Assembly (NCBI GenBank): GCA_030066665.1
Contig: JASJBD010000003.1
Span: forward strand, 3,565-67,564
Origin: Gammaproteobacteria bacterium
GTDB taxonomy: Bacteria > Pseudomonadota > Gammaproteobacteria > Steroidobacterales > GCA-2729495
Direction of reading: 5' to 3'
DNA length: 64,000 bases
Numbering within the stretch: position 1 is the first letter of the stretch; each line of letters starts with the position of its first letter. A program made the translations under genes and the position numbers. Shown here piece after piece: positions 9,247-20,553 of this stretch. A model generated the notes under the pieces. The model had not been told where the DNA came from and made no database searches. It saw only the letters and a program-made list of their open reading frames with translations.

Positions 9247-10584
9247 TTACTCTGAGTCCGGATATTGACAATAATCGATTACGGCCTGATTGAACTGCTC
9301 GGGAAACTCCGCGTGCGGGCTATGGCCTGCATCGTCCACCGCGACGAATGTCGTTTCTACACCGGATTCGGCAAGGAAATCGTTGAACATGACTCCGAGC
9401 CCGGTCGGAACCTGCAGGTCTTCGGCACCGAAGATCACAAGGCTTCGCGCCTCTAGTCCGCCGGCTGCTATATCGGCATGCGCCTGCTCCCTCAGTGCCA
9501 AGAAGATCGGATGTGCCGGGTTCAGTCGCAGCGTCCGGTGCTCCGGGTTCGGAGGTAACGACGCCATGCCCTCGCGAGCCTCGCGATTCTTTTCCCACGA
9601 GAACTGTTCGACGACGCGAGTCGGCTTCTCTGGCGTGATGTTGTGTCCAGTGGGGAAACGCAGCTGAATACCGCGTCGCGCACTATAGTACGTGGGCCCG
9701 CTGTCGGGATGCACGGGGCCCGCGACGTAACGCACAAAATCCAATGCTTCGTACATCAGTTCGGCGTCGTTCGGAACCATGACCGTACCGACGTTGACCA
9801 GGCATCTGACCAGGTCGGGTCGATCCAGCGCAACGCGCGTAATCGGCCAACCACCTTGAGAATGACCGACCAGCGTCGCGTCTGTCACATCGATCGCATC
9901 GAGGAACGCGGCGAGATGCTCGGCGTCCAGGGTGTAGTAGTTCGCGTAGTCTTCCAACCGTTTCAGGTTTTCGGTGCCGCCCTGACCCAGCCTGTCGAGC
10001 GCTATGACCCTGAAGTGCTCGGCCAGACCTGGAAAGTTCTGTTCCCATTTGCGGGCATGATTGTTGAATCCGCCTGTCTGGCCGCCATGTACGAGCACCA
10101 GCGGAGGGCCATTGCCCGATTCGAAGTAGCGTGTTTCGTAACCGTTGACGTCGACGACCTTAACCCGATCTTCTGGCATGGAGCCCACCCAGTCAGGCTC
10201 CACATAGTCAACACACGGAAAATCGACAGCCAGATCGCACACAGTTTCATCAGTTTGCGTATCGATCACCTGCAGATCGACATCGCTGGCTGCGCGTTCG
10301 GACTGCAGAACGAGGTGAAATCCTCGCCGCTCGTCATCCCAGCTGCATTCCTTCAGTGACTGCTCGTATACCAATGAAATCGCAATTTCATCGGCGGTTT
10401 CGATCTTTATGTCCGGCGGTAGATCGTCGCCGCACAGTACAAGGTCGACCTCCCGATCGACGCGAATCGGATTGAGTATCCAATCACACTCTTCGGCGTG
10501 CGCGCTTTGAGCGAATCCGCCATTTAGCCCGAAATACGCAATGCCGATGTAGGCACCGATGGCGGCGATATCATATTTTGGCAT
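9247..10584 (-). CDS. Secreted alpha/beta hydrolase with an extra N-terminal domain
   Basis: Signal-like N-terminus (AYFGLNGGFAQSAHA). The alpha/beta-fold core is PLVLVHGG...FRVIALDRLGQGGT with nucleophile elbow LVGHSQGGW and a C-terminal DDAGHSPH. Confidence 0.8.
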   Translation of the reverse strand: MPKYDIAAIGAYIGIAYFGLNGGFAQSAHAEECDWILNPIRVDREVDLVLCGDDLPPDIKIETADEIAISLVYEQSLKECSWDDERRGFHLVLQSERAASDVDLQVIDTQTDETVCDLAVDFPCVDYVEPDWVGSMPEDRVKVVDVNGYETRYFESGNGPPLVLVHGGQTGGFNNHARKWEQNFPGLAEHFRVIALDRLGQGGTENLKRLEDYANYYTLDAEHLAAFLDAIDVTDATLVGHSQGGWPITRVALDRPDLVRCLVNVGTVMVPNDAELMYEALDFVRYVAGPVHPDSGPTYYSARRGIQLRFPTGHNITPEKPTRVVEQFSWEKNREAREGMASLPPNPEHRTLRLNPAHPIFLALREQAHADIAAGGLEARSLVIFGAEDLQVPTGLGVMFNDFLAESGVETTFVAVDDAGHSPHAEFPEQFNQAVIDYCQYPDSE

Positions 10585-10661
10585 TATCAGTGTAAGTTCT
10601 GTTTCGCCAAATTTGCAGAATCCAGATTGCTTTACGCAAACATCGAGCGTGGACGATTTGA

Positions 10662-12026
10662 TTATCTACGCTCCGCCAGTTCGCGCTCAATCTGACTCAC
10701 TTTGTCGTCGCTGAGTCGATAAAAAAGAATAGCAACCGCGCTGAACACAGCCAATACGGCCGGGAACACGCTAAACATCAATTTGATGCCCATGATCGCA
10801 CTGGCGCTTTGCGCCTGGTTGGCCACGAAGCCGAACACGGAAAGCAGATAGCCCGACAAACCAGCGCCAACGGCGAGACCCATCTTTTGTGCGAACTGCG
10901 ATGCCGAGAACACCAGCGCTGTCGTGCGGCGCCCCGTTTTCCATTCGCCATAGTCGGCACAGTCCGCGTACATCGACCACACCAGGGCCGTTGTCGGCCC
11001 TACGACAAGCGCGCCGATGAACCCCAATGCCACCATCAGCCAATACTGATCGGGCGGGATTACGAAGAACAAGGCCATCGCGGCCGCGTTGCCCAGCGTC
11101 AAAGCAATCATGAGATGACGCTTTTCGAATAGCCGGCAGAGCCGTTCGGTCATCGTGAGTCCTGCGATGAAGCCGAACATGCTCACTGACAGGAAGACGG
11201 CTGTCTTGTCGAAGATCAGAAACAGCGGCGTGCCGTCATCACCGACGTAGTACTTGAAGTAAAAAATCGTCGAGCCGGCGCGAATTGCGGCGTTAGTCAA
11301 TGTGAAAATCGCCGCGAAGAAAAGTGCAATCCATGGGCCATTGCCGAGCAGCTCACGGAGATCAGACCGGATGTCCGAGCTTTCCTGTTCCGGATGTACG
11401 CGCTCCTTCGTGGTCGCAAAGCAAATCCAGAACAACACGATAGAGATTACTGCGAAAATCCCCATGGTCAGGCGGAAACCGGTCTCTTCATCGCCGCCCC
11501 CCAGTATGTTCTTGAGCGGTGTGACGAATGTGGCGATGAGCCAACCGGCTGCGAAGGCGCAGACGAAGCGGTAAGCGGAAACCTTGGTGCGCTCCGAGGA
11601 TGACGGAGAGATCACGCCCATCAACGCCGAATACGGCACATTGATTGCCGTGTAAGCAAGCATCATCAGAGTATAGGTCGCATACGCATAAATTAACTTG
11701 CCGGTCGCGGACAAATCAGGCGAGACGAACATTGCGTAGCCGAGAAGTCCGTACGGTATGGCGGCGAAAAGGAGATAGGGTCGAAACTTTCCCCAGCGCG
11801 AGTCGGTGCGATCCGCGACGAGCCCCATGACGGGATCGCTGATCGCGTCGACGATCTTGGTGATAAGGAACATCGTTCCGACCGCAGCGGGCGCAAGGCC
11901 GAACACGTCGGTGTAGAAGTACAACAGAAACAGATTGAATACTTGGAAGAAGAAGTTCGACGCCGCGTCACCAAGGCCGTAACCCAGCTTTTCTCTAAAC
12001 TTGAGCGAAGTCGTATCGGCCGGCAT
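10662..12026 (-). CDS. MFS transporter, glycoside-pentoside-hexuronide (GPH) cation symporter family
   Basis: KLGYGLGDAASNFFFQVFNLFLLYFYTDVFGL...DAISDPVMGLVADRTDSRWGKFRPYLLF is the classic GPH/MelB-YihO signature. About 12 TM segments. Confidence 0.85.
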   Translation of the reverse strand: MPADTTSLKFREKLGYGLGDAASNFFFQVFNLFLLYFYTDVFGLAPAAVGTMFLITKIVDAISDPVMGLVADRTDSRWGKFRPYLLFAAIPYGLLGYAMFVSPDLSATGKLIYAYATYTLMMLAYTAINVPYSALMGVISPSSSERTKVSAYRFVCAFAAGWLIATFVTPLKNILGGGDEETGFRLTMGIFAVISIVLFWICFATTKERVHPEQESSDIRSDLRELLGNGPWIALFFAAIFTLTNAAIRAGSTIFYFKYYVGDDGTPLFLIFDKTAVFLSVSMFGFIAGLTMTERLCRLFEKRHLMIALTLGNAAAMALFFVIPPDQYWLMVALGFIGALVVGPTTALVWSMYADCADYGEWKTGRRTTALVFSASQFAQKMGLAVGAGLSGYLLSVFGFVANQAQSASAIMGIKLMFSVFPAVLAVFSAVAILFYRLSDDKVSQIERELAERR

Positions 12027-12242
12027 GTTTTCCTAGTTCTTGCCGCGGCTAGTAGGAGCCCCGCTCAAAGTACTCCCGAATACCAAGGCCAGGCAAGCCT
12101 GGGCGAATAACCCTGCGACTAAGGTGGGATTGGGGTAAAGGTAAGGTCTGGGCGGGCGGTACGCACGGATGTTCAATCTGCAGCAGGACGACGTGGATGT
12201 TAAGCTGGAGGATGGGTTGCGACGCCACACGAGTCGAAGTGG

Positions 12243-12965
12243 ATGGAAATACGCCAATTCTGGTTGCTACTGCTGATATGGCTCGTGTCCGCGGCCAGCG
12301 TGAGTGCCTACGCACACGAATATTGGTACGAGCGTGACGGGGAGGATTATCTGCTCCACCGCGGCCATGGTTTCACCTCCACTCATGGGGGTGAGGTGGA
12401 GGAACCCTTCGACCCATCAGTCATAAAGAGTGCACACTGCCTCGGTTACGGCGAGTCCGATCCTCGACCCGGCCAGGTCTCCGCCGAGTACCCGCCACGT
12501 GTCGAAGGCCCCTGCCTGGCAGTATTGGTCGCAGCCGATTTCGGCTACTGGTCGCAGACGCAAACAGGCGCCGAGAACCGACCCAAGGACGAAGTGACCG
12601 GGGCGCTGGACAGCTGGCACGCCTTGGAGACAATCAAGCGCATTGAAGATTGGGACGAGCGCCTGCAGTCGCCATTGTCCGACGACCTCGAACTCGTCCT
12701 GACGTCCAACCCTTTCTCTCGGTCGGTTCGTGACAAGCTTCGTTTGGCGGCCATGCTGGAGGGCAAGCCCGTGAGCGGTGTGGTGATAGCCTACGACGGC
12801 AATCCGCGCGGTATAACCGGTCCCGACGGACGCACCAACGTGCGCATCCAGCACCTGGGGCCCCAGGTTATTAGCGCAAGCCTGGAAGAACCACTGGACA
12901 GCGCCAAGGCCGACAAGCGCATTCGGTCTACGACTCTGTTGTTCGATATCGCGGAGCCCGAGTAA
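12243..12965 (+). CDS. Periplasmic DUF4198-like protein (family linked to metal uptake)
   Basis: Signal peptide, then AHEYWYE..., GYWS, and a C-terminal GKPVSGVVIAY...GPDGRTNV pattern that I recall from DUF4198. Family call is from memory only. Confidence 0.55.
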   Translation: MEIRQFWLLLLIWLVSAASVSAYAHEYWYERDGEDYLLHRGHGFTSTHGGEVEEPFDPSVIKSAHCLGYGESDPRPGQVSAEYPPRVEGPCLAVLVAADFGYWSQTQTGAENRPKDEVTGALDSWHALETIKRIEDWDERLQSPLSDDLELVLTSNPFSRSVRDKLRLAAMLEGKPVSGVVIAYDGNPRGITGPDGRTNVRIQHLGPQVISASLEEPLDSAKADKRIRSTTLLFDIAEPE

Positions 12966-13964
12966 ATGGAGATTCGACGACTGTGTGCCGCTGGGATTGG
13001 CGCGATCGCAATTACGTCGGGGCCCTCGGCCCATGCGCATCACGGTGTCGCCGGTCTTGGCGCCGCTGGTCTCGAAGGCCCCGGCGCACCTCTAGAGGCA
13101 GCGACGTCGGCCACCCTGCCCGAAAAGAAATTGCTGACGTACCTGAAGCTTGACCATGCTCGATATGAAACCAAGGATCCCGACCCATCAAACCCGGAGA
13201 GCGACTACGCCAATTTCTGGATAGCGGGTCTCGGTTTCGGATTCAAGTCCTGGTTGTCCGCGTACGTGTTTCTGCCTTACAACGACAAGGTGGATGAACC
13301 CGGGGGGTTCGATGCGGACGGCTTTGCCGATGTGTCAGTTTTCGGCCAGATGGGCTTCAAATACGACGAGGGATTCAAGCTCATTCCAGTCTCCGAGAGT
13401 ATCGACGATCTGAGTGACTGGCACATGACGGTATTCGGCGGGTTAACGCTGCCCACGGGAGATGCCAACCTCCGTGACAGCGACGGCAACATAGATCCCG
13501 GCAAGTCGACCAGCTTCGGGGAGCCCTCGTACAACTTCGGCCTGACCGCCACGAAAATGTTGTCGGAGCGCTGGACTTACAATCTGGAGCTATCCGGGAT
13601 CTGGTTCGAGAAACACCGCTATGACGACGGCAACGAATTTCAATTCGGCAACGAGACACGCTTTAATAATGCCTTGATCTACCGCGCCTACACCGATATG
13701 GATAGCAAGTTGCGAATTGACCTGGCCCTCGAGGCCCAATACCTGGGGCTGGAACGCGACAAGGGTAACGGTGTTCCGGAGCGCGCAACCGGTGGCGACA
13801 TGCTGTATCTGGTTCCGGGGGTACGTCTGTTATGGCGCCAGGCCAGCGCCGCCCTCGGCATCAAGGCTCCCGTCTGGACCGATCTGAACGAAGAAGATGA
13901 GCAGCAAGGCGGTGAGGGCACCGAGGACTACCGGATAATCTTCACGATCTCCGCCTTGTTCTGA
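12966..13964 (+). CDS. Outer-membrane beta-barrel protein (MetA-pathway/phenol-degradation-like transporter family)
   Basis: ATG immediately follows the upstream TAA. Signal peptide ends SAHAHHG. Alternating beta-strand pattern, with C-terminal ...IIFTISALF ending in Phe. Confidence 0.6.
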   Translation: MEIRRLCAAGIGAIAITSGPSAHAHHGVAGLGAAGLEGPGAPLEAATSATLPEKKLLTYLKLDHARYETKDPDPSNPESDYANFWIAGLGFGFKSWLSAYVFLPYNDKVDEPGGFDADGFADVSVFGQMGFKYDEGFKLIPVSESIDDLSDWHMTVFGGLTLPTGDANLRDSDGNIDPGKSTSFGEPSYNFGLTATKMLSERWTYNLELSGIWFEKHRYDDGNEFQFGNETRFNNALIYRAYTDMDSKLRIDLALEAQYLGLERDKGNGVPERATGGDMLYLVPGVRLLWRQASAALGIKAPVWTDLNEEDEQQGGEGTEDYRIIFTISALF

Positions 13965-14039
13965 CTGGTGTTTCAGTCCGGCACAGCCGCGCGCAGATTG
14001 GCGAAGTGCTATTCGGGTTCGCGATACCGGGCAAGCTGG

Positions 14040-15152
14040 TCAGCGACATGCACTGCTATCTGCAGGCATCAGGGGCACGGATTGCAGCACCCAGTTGCCT
14101 GTCGTGCGGCGCGCCGGGCAGGGAATCGCGTACGCAACGTCACCTTCATCGCGCCCCAGTGACTTTCGATCGATTCGCCAGCCCTTCTTCTCCCAGGAGC
14201 GTAACCAGTCGCGGTACTTCACGATGATCTCGTCGGAAGAGGTCATTAGCTCGCTGGAAAGGCTGTCCGGTGTCCTGACGGGGTAAAGGCTTTCCAGAAT
14301 GGCGATATCTTCAGAGGCGATGCGCAGGTTGACCTGCATCATTTTTTCGTCTGTCGCGGGTTCGAGCGCAAAATTTCGCATGTTGACGAAATAGATTTTG
14401 GTCCTGTTTTCGTCGACGGGAGCCTCGAAGAAATACTGGACCATGTTGCTTTCTGCATTGACGAATATTGACGTGATCAGCACATTCGGCCCGTGGAACC
14501 AGGATCCCGCCCGGAGTTCTCCCGTGACGTTTCTGTCCTTGGCAAACGTCGTATTCTCCAGCTTCGGGTCGCCGAAATACGCCTCGAATCGAGTGCCCCA
14601 CGATTCTTCCCACGACCGAAAGGTCTCCTTGTGGATTGGAGGGAAGCCCTGGGCAGGGTGCACAAATTCATTGTGAACCGGATCCAGGCCGTTTTCCATC
14701 GACCGCTCGTAATAGCAATTCACGTTGAGGATCGCTATCTCGTTCGCCCGCCAGCCTTCCGAATCGTATTCCTCGATTTCGTACAGTGGTGGTCGCTCTG
14801 CCTCCGGTAGATCTCCCAGAAATGCGAATACGATGCCGTATCTTTCCTCGACCGGGTAACTGTCCACCTTTGCCCGCGCCGGGATTTTCCCGTCACCTGC
14901 CGAAGGAATGTAGCGACAGTGCCCGTCGCCGGAATACTGCCACCCATGATACGGACAAGCGATGCAATTGCCGCTTACGGTTCCCTTTCCGAGAGAGCCA
15001 CCACGATGAACGCAGGTGTCGCTAAGAACAAACGCGCGGCCATCAGAATCCCGAAAGGCAACGAAACGTAGTGCCAACAATTGAACCTGCAGCGGACTTT
15101 CGGTGGCCAGTTCATCGGACGTGCAGACCGGATACCAGAAGTTGATGTACAT
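14040..15152 (-). CDS. Rieske [2Fe-2S] non-heme-iron oxygenase, alpha-subunit type
   Basis: Start moved to MYINFWYPV (15152). The Rieske motif is CVHRGGSL...CIACPYHGWQY. The downstream mononuclear-iron region is NGLDPVHNEFVHP. Confidence 0.85.
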   Translation of the reverse strand: MYINFWYPVCTSDELATESPLQVQLLALRFVAFRDSDGRAFVLSDTCVHRGGSLGKGTVSGNCIACPYHGWQYSGDGHCRYIPSAGDGKIPARAKVDSYPVEERYGIVFAFLGDLPEAERPPLYEIEEYDSEGWRANEIAILNVNCYYERSMENGLDPVHNEFVHPAQGFPPIHKETFRSWEESWGTRFEAYFGDPKLENTTFAKDRNVTGELRAGSWFHGPNVLITSIFVNAESNMVQYFFEAPVDENRTKIYFVNMRNFALEPATDEKMMQVNLRIASEDIAILESLYPVRTPDSLSSELMTSSDEIIVKYRDWLRSWEKKGWRIDRKSLGRDEGDVAYAIPCPARRTTGNWVLQSVPLMPADSSACR

Positions 15153-15175
15153 ACGTACAGCAGGCCTTATCTCGT

Positions 15176-15430
15176 CTATTCGCAGCCTCGGTAGCAAGTC
15201 CTGAGCGTTGTATAGGACTCGGCGGTGCACTGATCAACCGTCACGCCACCGCGCGTACTGCCGGTTCGCCGCTGGGTGCACGAGCGCAGTTGCCCGGCAT
15301 GAATGAGCTCGCAATCCCGAGCGCACTGCATTTGAGACTCGGATTCAAACGCGGGTATCACGTCAGAGGTTTCTTGTGTCGCGCATGCATACAAGAAGAC
15401 TAGTATCACTAGTAACGGCAGGAGTTTCAT
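15176..15430 (-). CDS. Small Cys-rich lipoprotein, hypothetical
   Basis: MKLLPLLVILVFLYAC lipobox, then 6 further Cys in about 65 aa. The gene ends 24 nt upstream of the Rieske oxygenase start on the same strand. Confidence 0.45.
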   Translation of the reverse strand: MKLLPLLVILVFLYACATQETSDVIPAFESESQMQCARDCELIHAGQLRSCTQRRTGSTRGGVTVDQCTAESYTTLRTCYRGCE

Positions 15431-15571
15431 GTCGCACTCACCCATCCAATCGTCAACTACGCCGAAATTCTACAGGGGAACCCGGCAACCGGTTACGGTC
15501 GTGTAATGGCGGGACTGCGTTGCGATCGTCGCATTGACTCGGGTCGCGGCGTGACTTAGCCTACGCCCTAA

Positions 15572-17880
<2,309 letters not shown>

Positions 17881-17904
17881 ATCGCTCTGATTGGCCTTAA
17901 CCTG

Positions 17905-17927
17905 AGGGGCCCCGCACAGGGGCCCTT
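17905..17927. terminator. GC-rich hairpin between convergent katG and the enoyl-CoA hydratase gene
   Basis: AGGGGCC-N9-GGCCCTT forms 7 bp including one G-U pair. There is no clear U tract, so its role as a terminator is tentative. Confidence 0.35.
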
Positions 17928-17929
17928 CT

Positions 17930-18706
17930 CTATTGGGCCGATCTCTTGCGCAAAAAATCGTCGCGGGCCGCCCGCGCCTCTGTGAACTTACCGCTCAGCT
18001 GGCTCTGATCAGCGTCCGCGTAACAGCTTGCCTGATACCCGCCATGAACGGTCGCATTGACCGCTTCCTTGACCATGCGCACAGCAACCGCCGGTTGTTC
18101 GCAGACAGACTGGGCAACTTCTGTCGCCTTGGCCACAGCCCCGCCAGGCCCTGCGACGTAGTCGATCAATCCCCAGCCCAGAGCATCCCGGGCCGGGAGT
18201 TTTTCGCATAACAGACAAATCCGCTTCGCTCGTGCCGGACCTACCAGGTTGATCAATCGTGGCAACGCGCCCCACTGCAGATTGATACCAATCTTCACCT
18301 CCGGCACATATAGAAAAGCGTCCTCCGCGACGACCCGCCAGTCGCAGGCCAGGGTCAGGGCAACTCCGCCGCCGACCGCGAAACCATCGATCGCCGCAAT
18401 GGTGACCTGCGGCACTGACTCCCAAGCCTGGCATAGCCGCACGCCGGTGGAGTAGATCTCCCGGCGTTCCAGGTCGGACAATTCCTCACTCCGCCACATC
18501 TCATCGTCCAGATCCATGCCGGCGGAAAACGCTTGCCCGGTGCCGGTCAGCACGATCGCCTGTGTCTCGAGGTCAGACTGCAGCGTTCTCGCAGTCTCGG
18601 TCAATTCAGCGATCAGCGCCTGGTTGAACGCATTGCGTTTCTCGCCGCGATCGAATTTAACGACAGTGACTGGACCGTGTCGTTGCAGCGTAATCATTGA
18701 GGACAT
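17930..18706 (-). CDS. Enoyl-CoA hydratase/isomerase (crotonase) family protein
   Basis: VVKFDRGEKRNAFN...LTGTGQAFSAGMDL...IAAIDGFAVGGGVALTLACDWRV are crotonase-fold oxyanion-hole motifs. Confidence 0.85.
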   Translation of the reverse strand: MSSMITLQRHGPVTVVKFDRGEKRNAFNQALIAELTETARTLQSDLETQAIVLTGTGQAFSAGMDLDDEMWRSEELSDLERREIYSTGVRLCQAWESVPQVTIAAIDGFAVGGGVALTLACDWRVVAEDAFLYVPEVKIGINLQWGALPRLINLVGPARAKRICLLCEKLPARDALGWGLIDYVAGPGGAVAKATEVAQSVCEQPAVAVRMVKEAVNATVHGGYQASCYADADQSQLSGKFTEARAARDDFLRKRSAQ

Positions 18707-18716
18707 GCCCGTTACC

Positions 18717-20372
18717 CTATCGCCCGGCTCGCGACAGTTGCTGCCAACTACCCTGGAGCTCGCGGTTCGGATCGAACGACGGATCGTTGCTCAATACGTA
18801 CTGGTCCGACCCGTTCGAGTACACGTTATCCCAATGGATTGAGACCGCGACGTTACGATTGTTCTGTGGATCAGCGAACTCGTGTACGTCACGAATCGAG
18901 TTGACGAAATCACGCTGGCCCCGCGCCTGCGACTCACTGCGCTGCATGTACCCCGACTGCTGCATGTTGCTGACTTCCTGATTGGCCGCATACATGATAT
19001 TGCTCGCCTGCATCATGCCGCGCAGCGTGCCCATTGCAGTCTGATGGTCGATTCCCATGATCTTTGCTTTGGTTTGCATCAACTCCTGCTCCCAGCGCGG
19101 CGTCAGCCGAAGTGAATTGATGATCACGAGGAATACCGGCATGTAGTCCTGGAGCTCACCCTGTGGCGCGCGAACCGAAACTGCATCGGCGGTGCCCCAG
19201 AAATTGTTGTGACCGAACTCATTGTTGAGCATCGCGAAAGTACGCGTGAAGATCTTGTAGTGATCCCACTTTTTGCCGCTATCTTCGTAAGCTGCGAGGA
19301 AGAAGAAGACGGAAATATCGCGACTCGACCCCAGGCCCTGGGTCGATTGATCGACTAGGCGCATCATCGGCTCGGCGGCGCGGCGCGCGTGCGCGGTCAG
19401 CTCCGGCACGATGCCGCTTTCTGTCACACGAATGTCCTTCGCCTGCGGGAACTGCTGCGGAATCACCTGGGTTGAGATCACCTGCGCCCAGGTTTGCATG
19501 TCCGGCGGCATACGGATCACCATATTGCCCCGCTCGAAAGAGCCCTCCGGCGGGATCGCGCCCATGGAAGGCCGCGTATCGAAGCCCGCCACGGCCGGTT
19601 CGAACATTACCGCCGCACCATCCGGCGATGAAACCTTGATCGAACGTGACGGCGACCACCGGTAGGCCTGCGGTGGCGGGCTGTAGACACCGCCTTCAGC
19701 CTTCCAGCCCTGCGGGACCAGCAACGTGTGTGTATTCGTCAGCGTCTTGCGTTCCAACACGTAGGTCTTGTTGCCAAGATTCGGCGCGGACCGCGTCTTG
19801 GACTGTCGATCCTGCTTCGGCGGTGGCGCGGGCTGCGTTTCCGGTTCCGGTGTGGGCGCACCGCGATAAGGTTCCGTCCGCTCATTGGCATAAGCATCAA
19901 CACCGGACTCGTCATATTGGAAGACCAGACGGTAGCGTCGGCCATTGAATTCGGCGATCGAGGTTTCCTCGGAGTCATCCCAAATGCGAAAGGGCTGCAG
20001 GCCCTGCGGCGTCTGCACCTGCCCCATGCCGAGGTTTCGTCCCATCTCGTCGAAACCCGACTGCATCTGTAACTGCATGTCGGGGCCCTGCCCGATGCGC
20101 ACCGTGCCACGCACGTCGCCGGTGCCCGGATCGACGTTCAGCACGATGAGCGTCATGCCGTCCCCCTGCATGGCAAACGGCTGGAATTGCTCGCCGCCGT
20201 CGGCGTAGGGGTCGTCGCCGTAGTAGTCGTCGCCGTAGTAGTCGTCGAAATCGTCGTAGCTACCCCAATCGTCGGCTTCGTTGCCCTCGATCATGACTTC
20301 CTGCGCCGGAACCGACGCGAACGAAGCAAGTAAGACAGCCAAGGCGATTAAAGGACCGTGGATTATTCTCAT
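18717..20372 (-). CDS. Hypothetical secreted protein with an acidic Tyr/Asp repeat N-terminus
   Basis: Start moved to MRIIHGPLIALAVLLASFASVPAQE (20372). It is followed by DDWGSYDDFDDYYGDDYYGDDPYADGGE. The rest (about 480 aa) matches no family I recognise. Codon usage is consistent with real coding. Confidence 0.7.
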   Translation of the reverse strand: MRIIHGPLIALAVLLASFASVPAQEVMIEGNEADDWGSYDDFDDYYGDDYYGDDPYADGGEQFQPFAMQGDGMTLIVLNVDPGTGDVRGTVRIGQGPDMQLQMQSGFDEMGRNLGMGQVQTPQGLQPFRIWDDSEETSIAEFNGRRYRLVFQYDESGVDAYANERTEPYRGAPTPEPETQPAPPPKQDRQSKTRSAPNLGNKTYVLERKTLTNTHTLLVPQGWKAEGGVYSPPPQAYRWSPSRSIKVSSPDGAAVMFEPAVAGFDTRPSMGAIPPEGSFERGNMVIRMPPDMQTWAQVISTQVIPQQFPQAKDIRVTESGIVPELTAHARRAAEPMMRLVDQSTQGLGSSRDISVFFFLAAYEDSGKKWDHYKIFTRTFAMLNNEFGHNNFWGTADAVSVRAPQGELQDYMPVFLVIINSLRLTPRWEQELMQTKAKIMGIDHQTAMGTLRGMMQASNIMYAANQEVSNMQQSGYMQRSESQARGQRDFVNSIRDVHEFADPQNNRNVAVSIHWDNVYSNGSDQYVLSNDPSFDPNRELQGSWQQLSRAGR

Positions 20373-20553
20373 ATCGACGCCGCCTGTTGTTGGTATGGAC
20401 GCGATCCGTCGCGATTGTTGTTTGGGTGCTGCTGCTCGCACCCGACACAATACTATCAGTGGTTCGGAGCCGGGCAGAATCCTCTGCCAACGGCCCGGCG
20501 GTGCCCGTGTAGAATAGGAAGATTGGCATCCATAACGGGGTAGCGATCCACCC

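Noticed and set aside
12027-12242. Possible riboswitch (for example cobalamin or Ni/Co) in the 216-nt leader before the DUF4198-like gene
   Set aside because: I looked on both strands for a B12-box-like AGYCMGGNGACC motif and other conserved riboswitch cores and saw none, only short 5-bp stems. A covariance-model scan (Rfam) would be needed to exclude one formally.
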